DNA of 64,000 nt. Origin: Daphnia carinata (taxonomy: Eukaryota). The notes under the pieces are model-generated. The model did not search any database, was not told the origin of the DNA, and saw only the letters and a program-made list of their open reading frames with translations. Positions 39,659 to 50,500 of the stretch are shown piece by piece. The stretch's first letter is position 1; every line of letters begins with the position of its first letter. Made by a program: the position numbers and the translations under genes. The stretch covers positions 496,001 to 560,000 of the forward strand of contig NC_081333.1 of the NCBI RefSeq assembly GCF_022539665.2, given 5' to 3'.

Positions 39659-41031
39659 ATGGATAAGATAATACAACAAAAGGATGGTAAGTATAAAGAT
39701 TATTATATTGGTTTTCAATTATTAATTATTGTTTATTAGATCAAATTATGAAGCTGCAGGCCCAATTATTGGAACAACACAAAATATTGGATAACAGCAA
39801 TGCTAAGGATGGTAAGGCCTAATACATAATGATTCTATTTATTTGCTTTTATTCATTTGTGTTTTGTAGCTCAAATTTTGAGTCTACAAGCTCAGCTAGG
39901 GGAAAAGAACAAATTGGAACGGAACCGTTTCCAAACAGTGAAGGAGGTTTTTCCAAACTCAAACCTAACTGAACGTGAGGATGAATTGGCATTAGGCCTA
40001 AACTTTTCAAATAAGAATTCAAAATAAGTATAGAATTTTAACAAACAATTATTTATTGTTTAGTTATTCAGTCTACCACCTGACAGTGTGTTAAAGTTAA
40101 ATTCTGTTAGTGGTGCACTAAAAGAATTGTTAGTAATAAGTCCATGCAGCGAAGGAAGTGAACAATTGTGGGACCGTATTTGGGCTGAAAATGGGTGTGG
40201 TACGGAAACCCAGAAATAGCATGAGTTCAACATAAAACATGAATTAGGTACTTTTCGGTTTTTTGTCTATCAAAAAGTATTTTTAATGCTATTATTTTGC
40301 ATTCACAGAATTTTAGTGGGGGATCAAGTCAAGTCTGGACGTGTTACAGGATGGAAGAGTGAGCCTACAGTTGAAAAACACTGAAAGTGCATTACCATTA
40401 AGGTATGAGGTAAAGTAATACAGTATGCAAATTGTCTAATGAGAAGTACCATCTTGTGTGAATGAATCCTGTATAACAGCAATCCTTTATAGTTCTGTCA
40501 CAGCTAGAAGCCTCAAATAATTCTGCTTCTCTTGCTAAAGAACAACTTGTCCTTTACGCTCAGAGTGTTGGTGAAGCTGGGTACTTAAATGGCACTAAAG
40601 ATGTTTCATTTCGTTGGCATTGCAGCGATGAACATCATACATGGACTTTTTAGGTATGAAAGAAATTTTCTTGAAAATTTTTTTAATTTATGACAAAGCA
40701 TTTCTCCTGCTTTTTGCCAACCATGTCTAATCTAAAAAAAAATTTATCCAATAGGAAAGGATTTTCAGCATCCTGGGAACACAACTATCAACAATGCAAC
40801 ATTCTAGGGGTGTTATTTTATCATTCAAGAGCCTTATACAATGATTTTCATCTACAATTTGTATGGCCTTTCCCAAGCTTCTGCCAGAAGTTGAATCTAT
40901 GAGTCATGTAAGTCACATGAGCAACAATTGAGATGCTTAATGGTGTTGTTTTTCTTTTCTCAGTGTAGGTTAATAGCAACATTGGATCTGAAAAAATTCT
41001 TGGTTGGGGCAAGACACTGAATAAATTGTAA
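39659..41031 (+). pseudogene. Left-arm copy of an unknown ~8-exon gene
   Basis: ATG GAT AAG ATA ATA CAA CAA AAG GAT G|gtaagt; GT-AG introns; exon-3 donor removed by a 16-nt deletion near 39997; TAG at 40217; further stops and frameshifts; last exon VNSNIGSEKILGWGKTLNKL*. Confidence 0.65.
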
Positions 41032-41768
41032 TGATTGGATGGATGACATGATATTTCTATATTTCTATACTTCATTCGGATTCCCGAGACGGTATTTGAT
41101 ATTTAAAAAATTGAAGTGCATATCTGGGCTCCCTTCCTTTCCGTAGCCCCGTTTCCCCTTGACTCGTAATAAGCCCGTAGGGGGTCATGCCCCTACTGTA
41201 CGGTATATATAAAAACAACATATACCGAGGTTTGGAGGGCTCTGGCCGGAAAGGGGACGTGGGGTGCCGCTTCGTCCGATGATGTGTTCACGGAGGGTGA
41301 CGTGGCTGCCCACAAATCCGAACTAAAGGTTAATCGCTCCTGTAAAAATGTTCCAAATCTTCAGCTCTTCTTCCGGCTTCTCTTAGCCAATCACCGGGTA
41401 ATCTCCCCGGTGGGTCAACAAGGCAGTGTCTCCCCCTGCCTGGGTTGACGGCAACTTTTGAAAGGGCTATTGTGCCTTTTTAAAGTTGCAAAAATAATTG
41501 TAATGTGCAGAGAATTGTCAATAAAATTTTTTTTATAAAATATTTTTTGCAAATTCGTTTCTTTCATTGTCTGTATTCACACGTTACACTTTTTATATTT
41601 AGCTTGCTTATTTCACCTTTATTGTTTCTGTCACCTTTGATGGTAAGCATTGTTTCCATTGGTTTACCGTTTATCTGTAAGTATTATTTATTACACTCTT
41701 TGAATTCTTCAACTTAGATTCAAGGAACAATCTGGATATTTTATGCAGTAATTTTGTATTTTGTTTTA

Positions 41769-41834
41769 CTCGTATGGGAACCGATCCCCAGACATTCAGC
41801 GTGCAACGCCGATGCTCTAACATTGAGCCACGAG
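41769..41834 (-). pseudogene. Degenerate tRNA-like unit (Ala-TGC-like)
   Basis: Reverse complement reads TGGCTCAATGTTAGAGC A TCGGC-GTTGCAC-GCTGA ATGTC TGGGGATCGGTTCCCA: D arm, 7-nt anticodon loop and T arm, but no full acceptor stem. Confidence 0.6.
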
Positions 41835-41934
41835 ATATATTTAAATTTTTTATTATCGCATATCATATGTTATCGTCTAGGATGTTTATGCAGTTTTTCA
41901 CAACTATATGTTTATCTTTCTATTGCTTCCATAA

Positions 41935-42000
41935 GGTTCTTAGCTCTGTGGTAGAGCTTTTATCTGCGATACCTGTTACCCTGGGTTCAAACCTGAGTAG
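41935..42000 (+). pseudogene. Degenerate tRNA-like unit at the palindrome axis
   Basis: A-box-like TAGCTCTGTGGTAGAGC and B-box-like GGTTCAAACC at tRNA spacing; anticodon arm decayed. Confidence 0.5.
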
Positions 42001-42107
42001 ATGTGTAAAAATGTAGAAGAGTATATTGCAGAATTGCATTTCAGTTTTATTCTAAGTGTAAATGCAAGTCCACAAGTGACTAGAAAAAAAAGCCAACAAA
42101 ATCATAT

Positions 42108-42170
42108 GATTCGTGGCTCATTGGTAGAGCATCGGCGAGGTATGCCGAACATCCAGGGTTCGATCCCTGG
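42108..42170 (+). pseudogene. Degenerate tRNA-like unit (mirror partner of 41769-41834)
   Basis: TGGCTCATTGGTAGAGC A TCGGC-GAGGTAT-GCCGA ACAT CCAGGG-TTCGAT-CCCTGG; good A and B boxes; acceptor stem unpaired. Confidence 0.65.
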
Positions 42171-42836
42171 ATAATAATAGAATGCTTACAGATAAACGAT
42201 AAACCAATGCCCGTCACCTTACCACCAAATGTGACAAAAACAAATAAATCAAAGCCAAAAAAAAAAAATTGATAAATGCAATATGTGAACAAAGCAAGCA
42301 AACACACACAATGAAAGAAACGAATTTTGCAAAAAATATTTTATAAAAAAAATTTTATTGACAATTCTCTGCACATTACAATTATTTTTGCAACTTTAAA
42401 AAGGCACAATAGCCCTTTCAAAAGTTGCCGTCAACCCAGGCAGGGGGAGACACTGCCTTGTTGACCCACCGGGGAGATTACCCGGTGATTGGCTAAGAGA
42501 AGCCGGAAGAAGAGCTGAAGATTTGGAACATTTTTACAGGAGCGATTAACCTTTAGTTCGGATTTGTGGGCAGCCACGTCACCCTCCGTGAACACATCAT
42601 CGGACGAAGCGGCACCCCACGTCCCCTTTCCGGCCAGAGCCCTCCAAACCTCGGTATATGTTGTTTTTATATATACCGTACAGTAAGGGCATGACCCCCT
42701 ACGGGCTTATTACGAGTCAAGGGGAAACGGGGCTTCAGAAAAGAAGGGAGCCCAGATATGCACTTCAATTTTTTAAATATCAAATACCGTCTGGGGAATC
42801 CGAATTAAGTATAGCAATGTCATGTCATCCATCCAA

Positions 42837-44235
42837 TCAATACAATTTATTCAGTGTCTTGCCCCAACCAAGAATTTTTTCAGATCCAAATGTTACTATT
42901 AACCTATATTGAGAAAAGAAAAAGAACACAGTTAAACATATCAACTGTTGATCATGTAACTTACATGACTCATAGATTCAACTTCTGGTGGAAGCTTGGG
43001 GAAGGACATACAAATTGCAGATTAACATCATTGTATAAGGCTCTTGAATGATAAACTAGCACCTGTACAATGTTGCATTGTAGATAGTTGTGTTCCCAGT
43101 ACATGAAAATCCTTTCCTATTGGATAAAATTTTTTTTGGTAGATTAGACCTGGTTGGCAAAAAGGAGGAGAAATTCTTCGTCATAAATTCAAAATTATTT
43201 GAAGAAAAATCCTTTCATACCTAAAGAGTCCATGTATGATGTTCATCTCTGCAATGGCAGCAAAATTAAAACATCTTTAGGGCCATTTAAGTACCCAGTT
43301 TCCCCAACACTCTGAACGTAAAGGACAAGTTGTTCTTTAGACAGAGAAGCAGAATTATTTTCTGAGGTTTCTAGCTGTGACAGAACTATAAAGGATTGCT
43401 GTTGTACTGGACTTATTAACACAAAATGGTACTTCTCATTAGACAATGTGCATTCTCTATTACTTTACCTCATACCTTAATGGTAATGCACTTTCAGTGT
43501 TTTTCAACTGTAGGCTCACTCTTCCATCCTGTAACACTTCCAGACTTGATTTGATCCCCCATTAAATTCTGTGAATGCAAAATAATAGCATTAAAAATAC
43601 TTTTTCAATAGACATAAAACCGAAAAGTACCTAATCCATGTTTCTTGTTGAACTCGTGCTATTTCTTGGTTTCCGTACCACACCCATTTTCGGCCCAAAT
43701 ACGGTCCCACAATTGTTCACTTCCTTCACTGCATGGGCTTATTACTAACGATTCTTTTTGTGCAGCACTAACAGAATTTAAATTTAACACACTGTCAGGT
43801 GGTAGACTGAATAACTAAACAATAAATAATTGTTTGTTAAAATTCTATACTTATTTTGAATTCTTATTTGAAAAGTTTAGGTACCTGACTGTGTTCGCCT
43901 AATGCCAATTCATCCTCATGTTCAGTTAGGTTTGAGTTTGGAAAAACCTCCTTCACTGTTTGGAAACTGTTCCGTTCCAATTTGTTCTTTTCCCCTAGCT
44001 GAGCTTGTAGACTCAAACTTTGAGCTACAAAACACAAATGAATAAAAGCAAATAAATAGAATCATTATGTATTAGGCCTTACCATCCTTAGCTTTTCTGT
44101 TATCTAATATTTTGTGCTGTTGCAATAATTGAGCCTGCAGGTCCATAATTTGATCTAATAAACAATAATTAATAATTCAAAACAAATATAATAATGTTTA
44201 GACTTACCATCCTTTTGTTGTATTATCTTATCCAT
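42837..44235 (-). pseudogene. Right-arm copy of the same unknown gene; first four exons splice into an open ~131-aa ORF
   Basis: ATG 44233-44235: MDKIIQQKD|DQIMDLQAQLLQQHKILDNRKAKD|AQSLSLQAQLGEKNKLE..ALGEHSQ|LFSLPPDSVL..GTETKK* (TAG 43659-43661); later exons carry stops. Confidence 0.65.
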
Positions 44236-44590
44236 TTTTCAATTGTTCCTCCAGCCACGCGTTATTCTCCATCCACGCTACTGAACTAACTGCGAATGGC
44301 ATCCAATGGACTGAAATTGCCTACGCCAGTAATAATGAGTCTGAGCGGTAGATGGCTACGTGTCGGAAAAAAAGAAAAAAGTGCGATTTTTTTTTTTTTC
44401 CGCCTTTTTTTTTTTTTTTTTATGTAAAACGGATTGCCATAATATTGCCATAGTATTTTTTATTTTTATTTTGAGTAAAACGGATTGCCATAAAATGTGA
44501 CTAATAGATGGCGTTAGCAGTAAAACAGAAAAATATATTTGCCTTTTTTCTGTTTTACTATTTTCGCCATCTACCGGTGACGTTTTTAAA

Positions 44591-45090
44591 TAGCCTTCTT
44601 ACTTTTTAATTTTTGGCCAAATTTTAGATTTCGCTTTAAATATATGGTTTCGATGCAGAATTGAATGGGCATTACGAATATGAGGATTGTTTTCTCGTGG
44701 GACTCATAGTTTTTGAATAAAACGTAAAAAACGGTGAAGTGTGGTTAAAAAAATAAGCCCGACTTTATCTTTCGGGCTTAAAAATCTTTCCTGTTAAAAT
44801 ATAAGATCATTAAATCTAGAAAACTATAGATGCTTCTGATTCAAAATTAACCAAGGAACACGAAAATAAAATTTGTTTTTACGTAGAGTTTATAGTTTTG
44901 GAGTAATCTAAAATATAAAATTAGTGTCTGCGCATCGAAACCATTACTTGCGCGCCAGTACGCTACAGCGTTAGCGTGACACATCAAACTTCTTTGATTA
45001 TTCAAAAACCATTTTGAATTTAAGGATCCTCCTACTACCAGAATATTTGTACTGCATCGCGCTAGCGCTGGATCGTACTGGCGCGCTAGC
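44591..45090. repeat. Internal module of the 2484-3797 element family abutting the foldback
   Basis: 44591-45012 aligns directly with ~2813-3216 (AGCCTTCT..GGAACACGAA..TTTTTACGTAGAG..GCGCGCCAGTACGCTACAGCG..GATTATTCAAAAACCAT); 45048-45090 is an inverted copy of the GCGCGCCAGTACG core. Confidence 0.85.
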
Positions 45091-47579
45091 GTTTCGTCAA
45101 CTATTCGCTGTATTTCAGAAACGATTAACCTAATGAAAAAAAATTACAATTTTCCCGGAATTAGCATTCAATTTTGAGCAGCCCGACTGATAAATAAGCC
45201 CGACTTTCGGCTGCATCGTGCTCCGAAAGTCGTTCATTCTGTCAGCAGAGCTGAGACTAGGTGAATACCATCACAGCAGGAGTTCGGATTTTATACCTCC
45301 TACGCCTCGCTTTATATTTAAAAGCTGAAAAAATGTGAGAAAGAGGAAATGAAAGCAAAAAGTTTTGACAATGTGGGTTTAACCAAACTTTTTGCCAAAA
45401 TAAATTATTTGCTGGACGTTTAAATTGAAAACTTGTAAAGATAACGAAGGAAAATGGTAGACTAAAGAAAGTTACATTATTTAACATAGAACATTACCTA
45501 CGTATTTTAATCCAGTATATTTTTACTTAACCATAATTGCAAGCGTAAATTCATTGTTCTGCTCCTGGTGTGGGTAGATGACATACTAACAACATTAGCT
45601 GCCAATTTACGATCCAATAGGGTAATAAAAACTAAAATTAATACGTAAGGGATCAGAAAAGAAAGCTTTTTGAACAGTGCACTGAGGCCTTAGCATTAAG
45701 CCGAAGTTCAGAGAAAATAGGCTTTCAAATGCGACAGGAATACGTGAGAGACAAAGAGGAAAGATAGTATACGCCTTTATTGCCGGAGATGATTCGATTA
45801 TTCACACGAGATTGATCCCTGAAATAAGGTGGGACACATTTGTTTTTTGTTGTTGACGCTTCCAGTCTTTAGCACTTATGTGGTGCTAATCAGGTTAACT
45901 ACAACAAATCCATATGTAAAAGTGAGCGGCATCACTTCGGTTCCCCACGTATAAAAGTGAATCGGGATACACTGGCATACCGCAGTCAGGTATCCGATAG
46001 CCAGCACCGCATTTGCATTCTCGTCCGTCTCCTTCTTCCCGAATAACTCCATGATGCGCCCCAGTTTAATGATCGTTATGGTCTGTTTCGTCTTCATTTT
46101 TACATTCTGGGGACAATTAGTCGAGGGCACTCGCAAGCTGCCGTTCAACGGTAGCATTTTCGGAAAACGTAGCAATCCAGGTATGTTATTATGTTTATCG
46201 TTACATTTATGTGATAATAAATAACTTTTAAAGCTTCATATATGATTACATAATATTTCAGATTAAGTGTATATAGTCTACGCATATAGTCTGCAAATTT
46301 GATTGTTGTTTTTGTGGCCTTTGCTGCAAATATTTTTGCACTCTGTTTGGCTCTGTTGGACTGGCAACTTCACCCAATGTTGCAATTATTTGCAGCTAAC
46401 ATTCCAACGATGATTTCTGTCAATCATGCAGGCACAGGCAAGCACGCTGCATCACCAAATTTCCAGCATCTTTGCGACGCGGCTATGAACGCGTGCAGTG
46501 ACTGGCTACCTATTGGCTCCAAATAGCGCCGGGACGATACAGCTCTTTTTCATCAATCAAACGATACGCCGTACATAAAATAGTAACTGTTTTACCCTCA
46601 TGAAGTTCCTCTTTAAAGATGGATGTACACTAATTAATAGGACGTGAATAAACATATAGTTCAATGTCCTTTTTTCTCCAAATCACTCGCTTATTCGTCG
46701 CTTGAATTAGCCTGATAAAATTTCATTGAGCTAGTCAAATTGATCGTTTATTTTTTTGCCACGAAAATGGGTTTAACTTTTAATAAGTGTATGCATAATT
46801 GCGTATAATATTATGGTATGTAAAAACAGATGAAATAAAAACCAAAGTTAGACGTACGTGTGCTTGAGGCTGCTAATTAAATCAATGACAGAAAACATAT
46901 CGCGATCTGTTATACAACTAATGCGGCGGTACAATGCAAGGAAGATTAGCAAACGAAAGAATCAGCTCAGATGGGCATTCAGTTATTAATGCTAAAAAAC
47001 ATTTTGTTCACTAATAGAGAAGTATATCGTAGATATATCTAGTTAAGTATGGTTATCGTATGAACAGCTCACACAAAAGAGAAGACAAACTTGCATTTAA
47101 TCGCATGTTAGTAGTATACTGACTGTTGCATGACATCCAACTTACAGTTTTTGGAGTTGCTAATGTTTGCCGTTATTTTTTTCCCAGAAGCTCAATTTGA
47201 CAAAGCGTAATCATTTCCAACCATACCCATTATAAACCGTTAGACACGTTCACTAACATATTTCAATAGATGTATTAGTTTGAAAATTGGGAAGTCCATA
47301 GTAGTTCACTATTATTAGGAATGCATAATCGGATTAATTGCCAGAGAGCAGTCACAATTACTGAAGCTGTAAGTTGGTAAACTGCTTACAAAGAACGCGA
47401 AAGATGTTGCTACTTTTTTTATTGTCTTGTCTTTTATTGTCTTTTTTTGTTTATTTTTTTTCTGTAATAAGATCGAGAATAAGAATCAAATAATAAGATA
47501 AGCGGCTCACTAGATGGTCACGCGTATAAAACGAAAACGCCGTGAGAAGATGGACTGTGTCTGATCAATAGGTACGGGT

Positions 47580-50500
47580 CTACGTGGGACCGGCTCGTTG
47601 GATGTAAACGTTGATCAATTTCATTTTGCTGCTATTTAGTGATTCTAGGTACGGTTTCAATTCCTCGGGCGCTCGCTTGTAAATTTCAACGATACAGAAA
47701 ACAGCTGCTTTGCGCACAATACTTTCGGCATGGTCGGTGGCACGCAAGAGTGCAGGCATCATTTCGGGTAGAATAGTCACCGTGTCTTCATGTGGGCGCT
47801 GCTCAACTAGTCGAGTCAATGTTTTGATCGCAGTATAGTTTTCAGGGTAATTATCACCAATCGCATGTTTTAAAATGCGAATAAGCTTGTTCAATGAAAG
47901 AACGGCAGCCAAAGTTTTGGCGCAACTTTCAGCCGAACGTACAACCTGAAGTTAAAAAGGATAAACAATGAAGTTTCTACGCAACGATACTTGATTACAA
48001 AAGAATTAAACCACTGTACCTCTCTCTCTTGGTCACGTTGTGCTCGAAAAATGTTGACAAGAATTAGGTCAGCGTAGTTCTCCATCTCTTCCAGCAACCT
48101 GGGCGTTGAAAGCATTGTTGCCCAAAGATTAAATACTTGGCGGCGTACAAAAGAGTCAGGATCTTCACGACATGAAACTAAATGTTTGAAAACTGGGCGG
48201 AAATTGTCTTCAATTAGGTTGCCTGCTCCCTGATGCATCAACTGTGTTAGCATCCTCATAGCATCCTTTCGTGATTCTGAATCTTCTTTTCCAAACAGTG
48301 CAAGGATTCGCTGCATTGTAGCTCTATCAGCTTGTTCCATTGGTGACATCAAAACATCGGTCCCAAGAGAATTAGGCATGGTTTTTTGACGTTTCTCTTC
48401 CAGTGGCAATGGCTTGGCTTCCCCTTTATTTTTTTCAAACGATAAATGCGAAAGCTGTGATATTCCAGAATCTTGTGATGTCGAATCTCGCTCTAAAGAC
48501 GATTTTTCAAAGCTGTAATTCTGGATTTCTGCTGTAGTTTTTCTGATGGATCTTAAAATGAAATTGTTATTATTATACATTTGTCGTATAACGTGTTGAG
48601 GGCGATATTAAATAGGGAAAATTTGCTATTTAACATACTTATAAACTTCCTCTGGGTTATAATGCTCATTTTCGTCATTTTCCAATGACCTGGATGAAGA
48701 GATTTTGGAAAAATAAGTAGGCGTGGATGGTTGCTGGGAAGATGGGTTCGGTATTTGAAATTGCGATTGCGGGGTGACAGGTGATCTTAAAGGTGACGAT
48801 CCAGCAACAACCGACGTGGGAGAATCTGACGCTCTGTTTAAACTAACATTATCCATAGTTCTGTTCAACTGAGATTGAATGATTTGTGACGCGCTGTCCT
48901 ATGATGTTACAAGAGGACAAAGTATTAGCTTCGCGGAAAACCACGCCTGAATTCTAATTCCTTTCGGAATTGGAAAGGCATGTAGGGCATCTTTTACTTA
49001 ATTAATTTAAATTTCATCTATTTAATTCAAAAATGTTTTAATCATTACCTGGCACACTTTTGGGAGGGTATTGAGGATTCGCGTCACTTCAGCGGGGTGT
49101 AAACTGAATAAAGTATAAAGCGCATCTTGCGAAGCCTTCCGCACTTCAGCAGATCTAATATCGCTAGTCCAAGCGACTACTTTTGCAACAGATGCTTCAA
49201 CCAGTTGCGGAGACACTGAAGCGCCAACACCCGCCATGCCCATCATTAAACCTGGCATGATAGAAAACCAGCTCTGTAAATGAATTGAATTTTCATCGTT
49301 TTTCAAATTAACGCACCTGGCGATCCAGATTGCGACGTAACAGCCATCAAATCAGACGGTTGCATGTCGCGTACTAGAGCAGTCAAATAATTCAGCAAAG
49401 CAACTTTTACTCGAGAATTCGGTGTTTGTGTGTTGTCCATCATGAATCGCAACAATAACGCCATTTGTAGGGAATATGGAAAGCAGTATCTACAAGTTAA
49501 AAAAATAAAACACATATATATACTGATTGCAAGACGGGAAAAAAAGAGTAATAAATAAAATGAAAGATTAAGTTTAGCCATTCAAAATTACCGGACTAAG
49601 TCCAAGGTTTTCAGAGTTTTGGCTTGAACAGATCCCAAAAGGTCGGCACCTAATTTGTTGAGCAGGCGACTCATCAAGAAATACAAATTTTCATGCATGT
49701 CATCCTTATGAATCTCAATCAATACTGTTAATGCATCTAAAAACAGGCTGAAAACCTATAACGAACAAAACAAGAAAGAAAATTTTAGATATCACTCCAA
49801 CCTCTTAATTTGAGAGAACATTTTTCATGGAAATAGAATAGTTCCTACTTTGGTATGGGCATCGGTGAACATTTTCCCAAGAATTTCTATCAGTTTACGT
49901 AATTCGTGCGATGGAATCAAATTGCCGGAGCGCAAGAAAGCTTGAAGTCCCATTAATCCCTCTTTTCGCTCTGACCAATGGGTACTGGAACACGCACTGA
50001 TAATATCATAAATATCCTTGTGAGGCGATTCAAGCCAATTTTCACGAAAGTGGCGCTAAAAATATAGTCAATCAGATAAATAAATATTAGATTTGGCAAT
50101 TGGATAGACAAAGCGATGACAGGCTTACATCGGAACGACGATTTACTGAATCCATGGAGCGTTCCGAACACACGCTCGAAGTTTCACTTTCATCGGAATG
50201 ATCATCATATCCACCGACACGAGGAGGACGAGTCTTATGAAATAACAATCTGTTTTTTTAAATTCGTTTTTCTCAAAACAATGTAGATAAGAACTATACC
50301 AGCGCATCGGAGAGGGCAGATTCGGCTTCTCGGCTTTGCTGGAGAATTTTCTGAGCTAGCACCGGGCGACTAGGCGTACCTTTTTCGCTACACCCAGACT
50401 GCGAACGAACCCTAAAACCAAAAAGGTTTAACTTTGAATATCATAGTTCATCATAGTTGCTTTTGCCAACCAGGGAAATGTTAGTATTACCTGGTAGGCT

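Larger units (their letters stand above)
39237..44566. mobile_element. ~5.3-kb foldback (giant inverted repeat) TIR element with nested termini
   Basis: 39307-~41840 is the reverse complement of ~42100-44566. TATGGCAATCCGTTTT at 39237, 39381, 39424, 39441; inverted copies at 44424-44441 and 44475-44492. No transposase recognised. Confidence 0.92.

Noticed and set aside
40755..40790. hAT-like ERIFS motif in the left arm
   Set aside because: Appears only through a left-arm indel; the right arm reads GKDFHVLG and no other hAT motifs are evident.
41270..41290. Hammerhead ribozyme (TTCGTCCGATGA / GGACGAAG)
   Set aside because: The CUGAUGA and GAAA core elements are not present in the right form or order on either strand.
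41769..42170. Functional tRNA genes
   Set aside because: Acceptor stems do not pair fully, and the right unit lacks U33 and has a 6-nt T loop; treated as tRNA-derived relics.
45201..45260. Helitron 3' end (hairpin followed by CTAG)
   Set aside because: CTAG is ~25 nt from the hairpin, is followed by G rather than T, and no matching 5' end was found.
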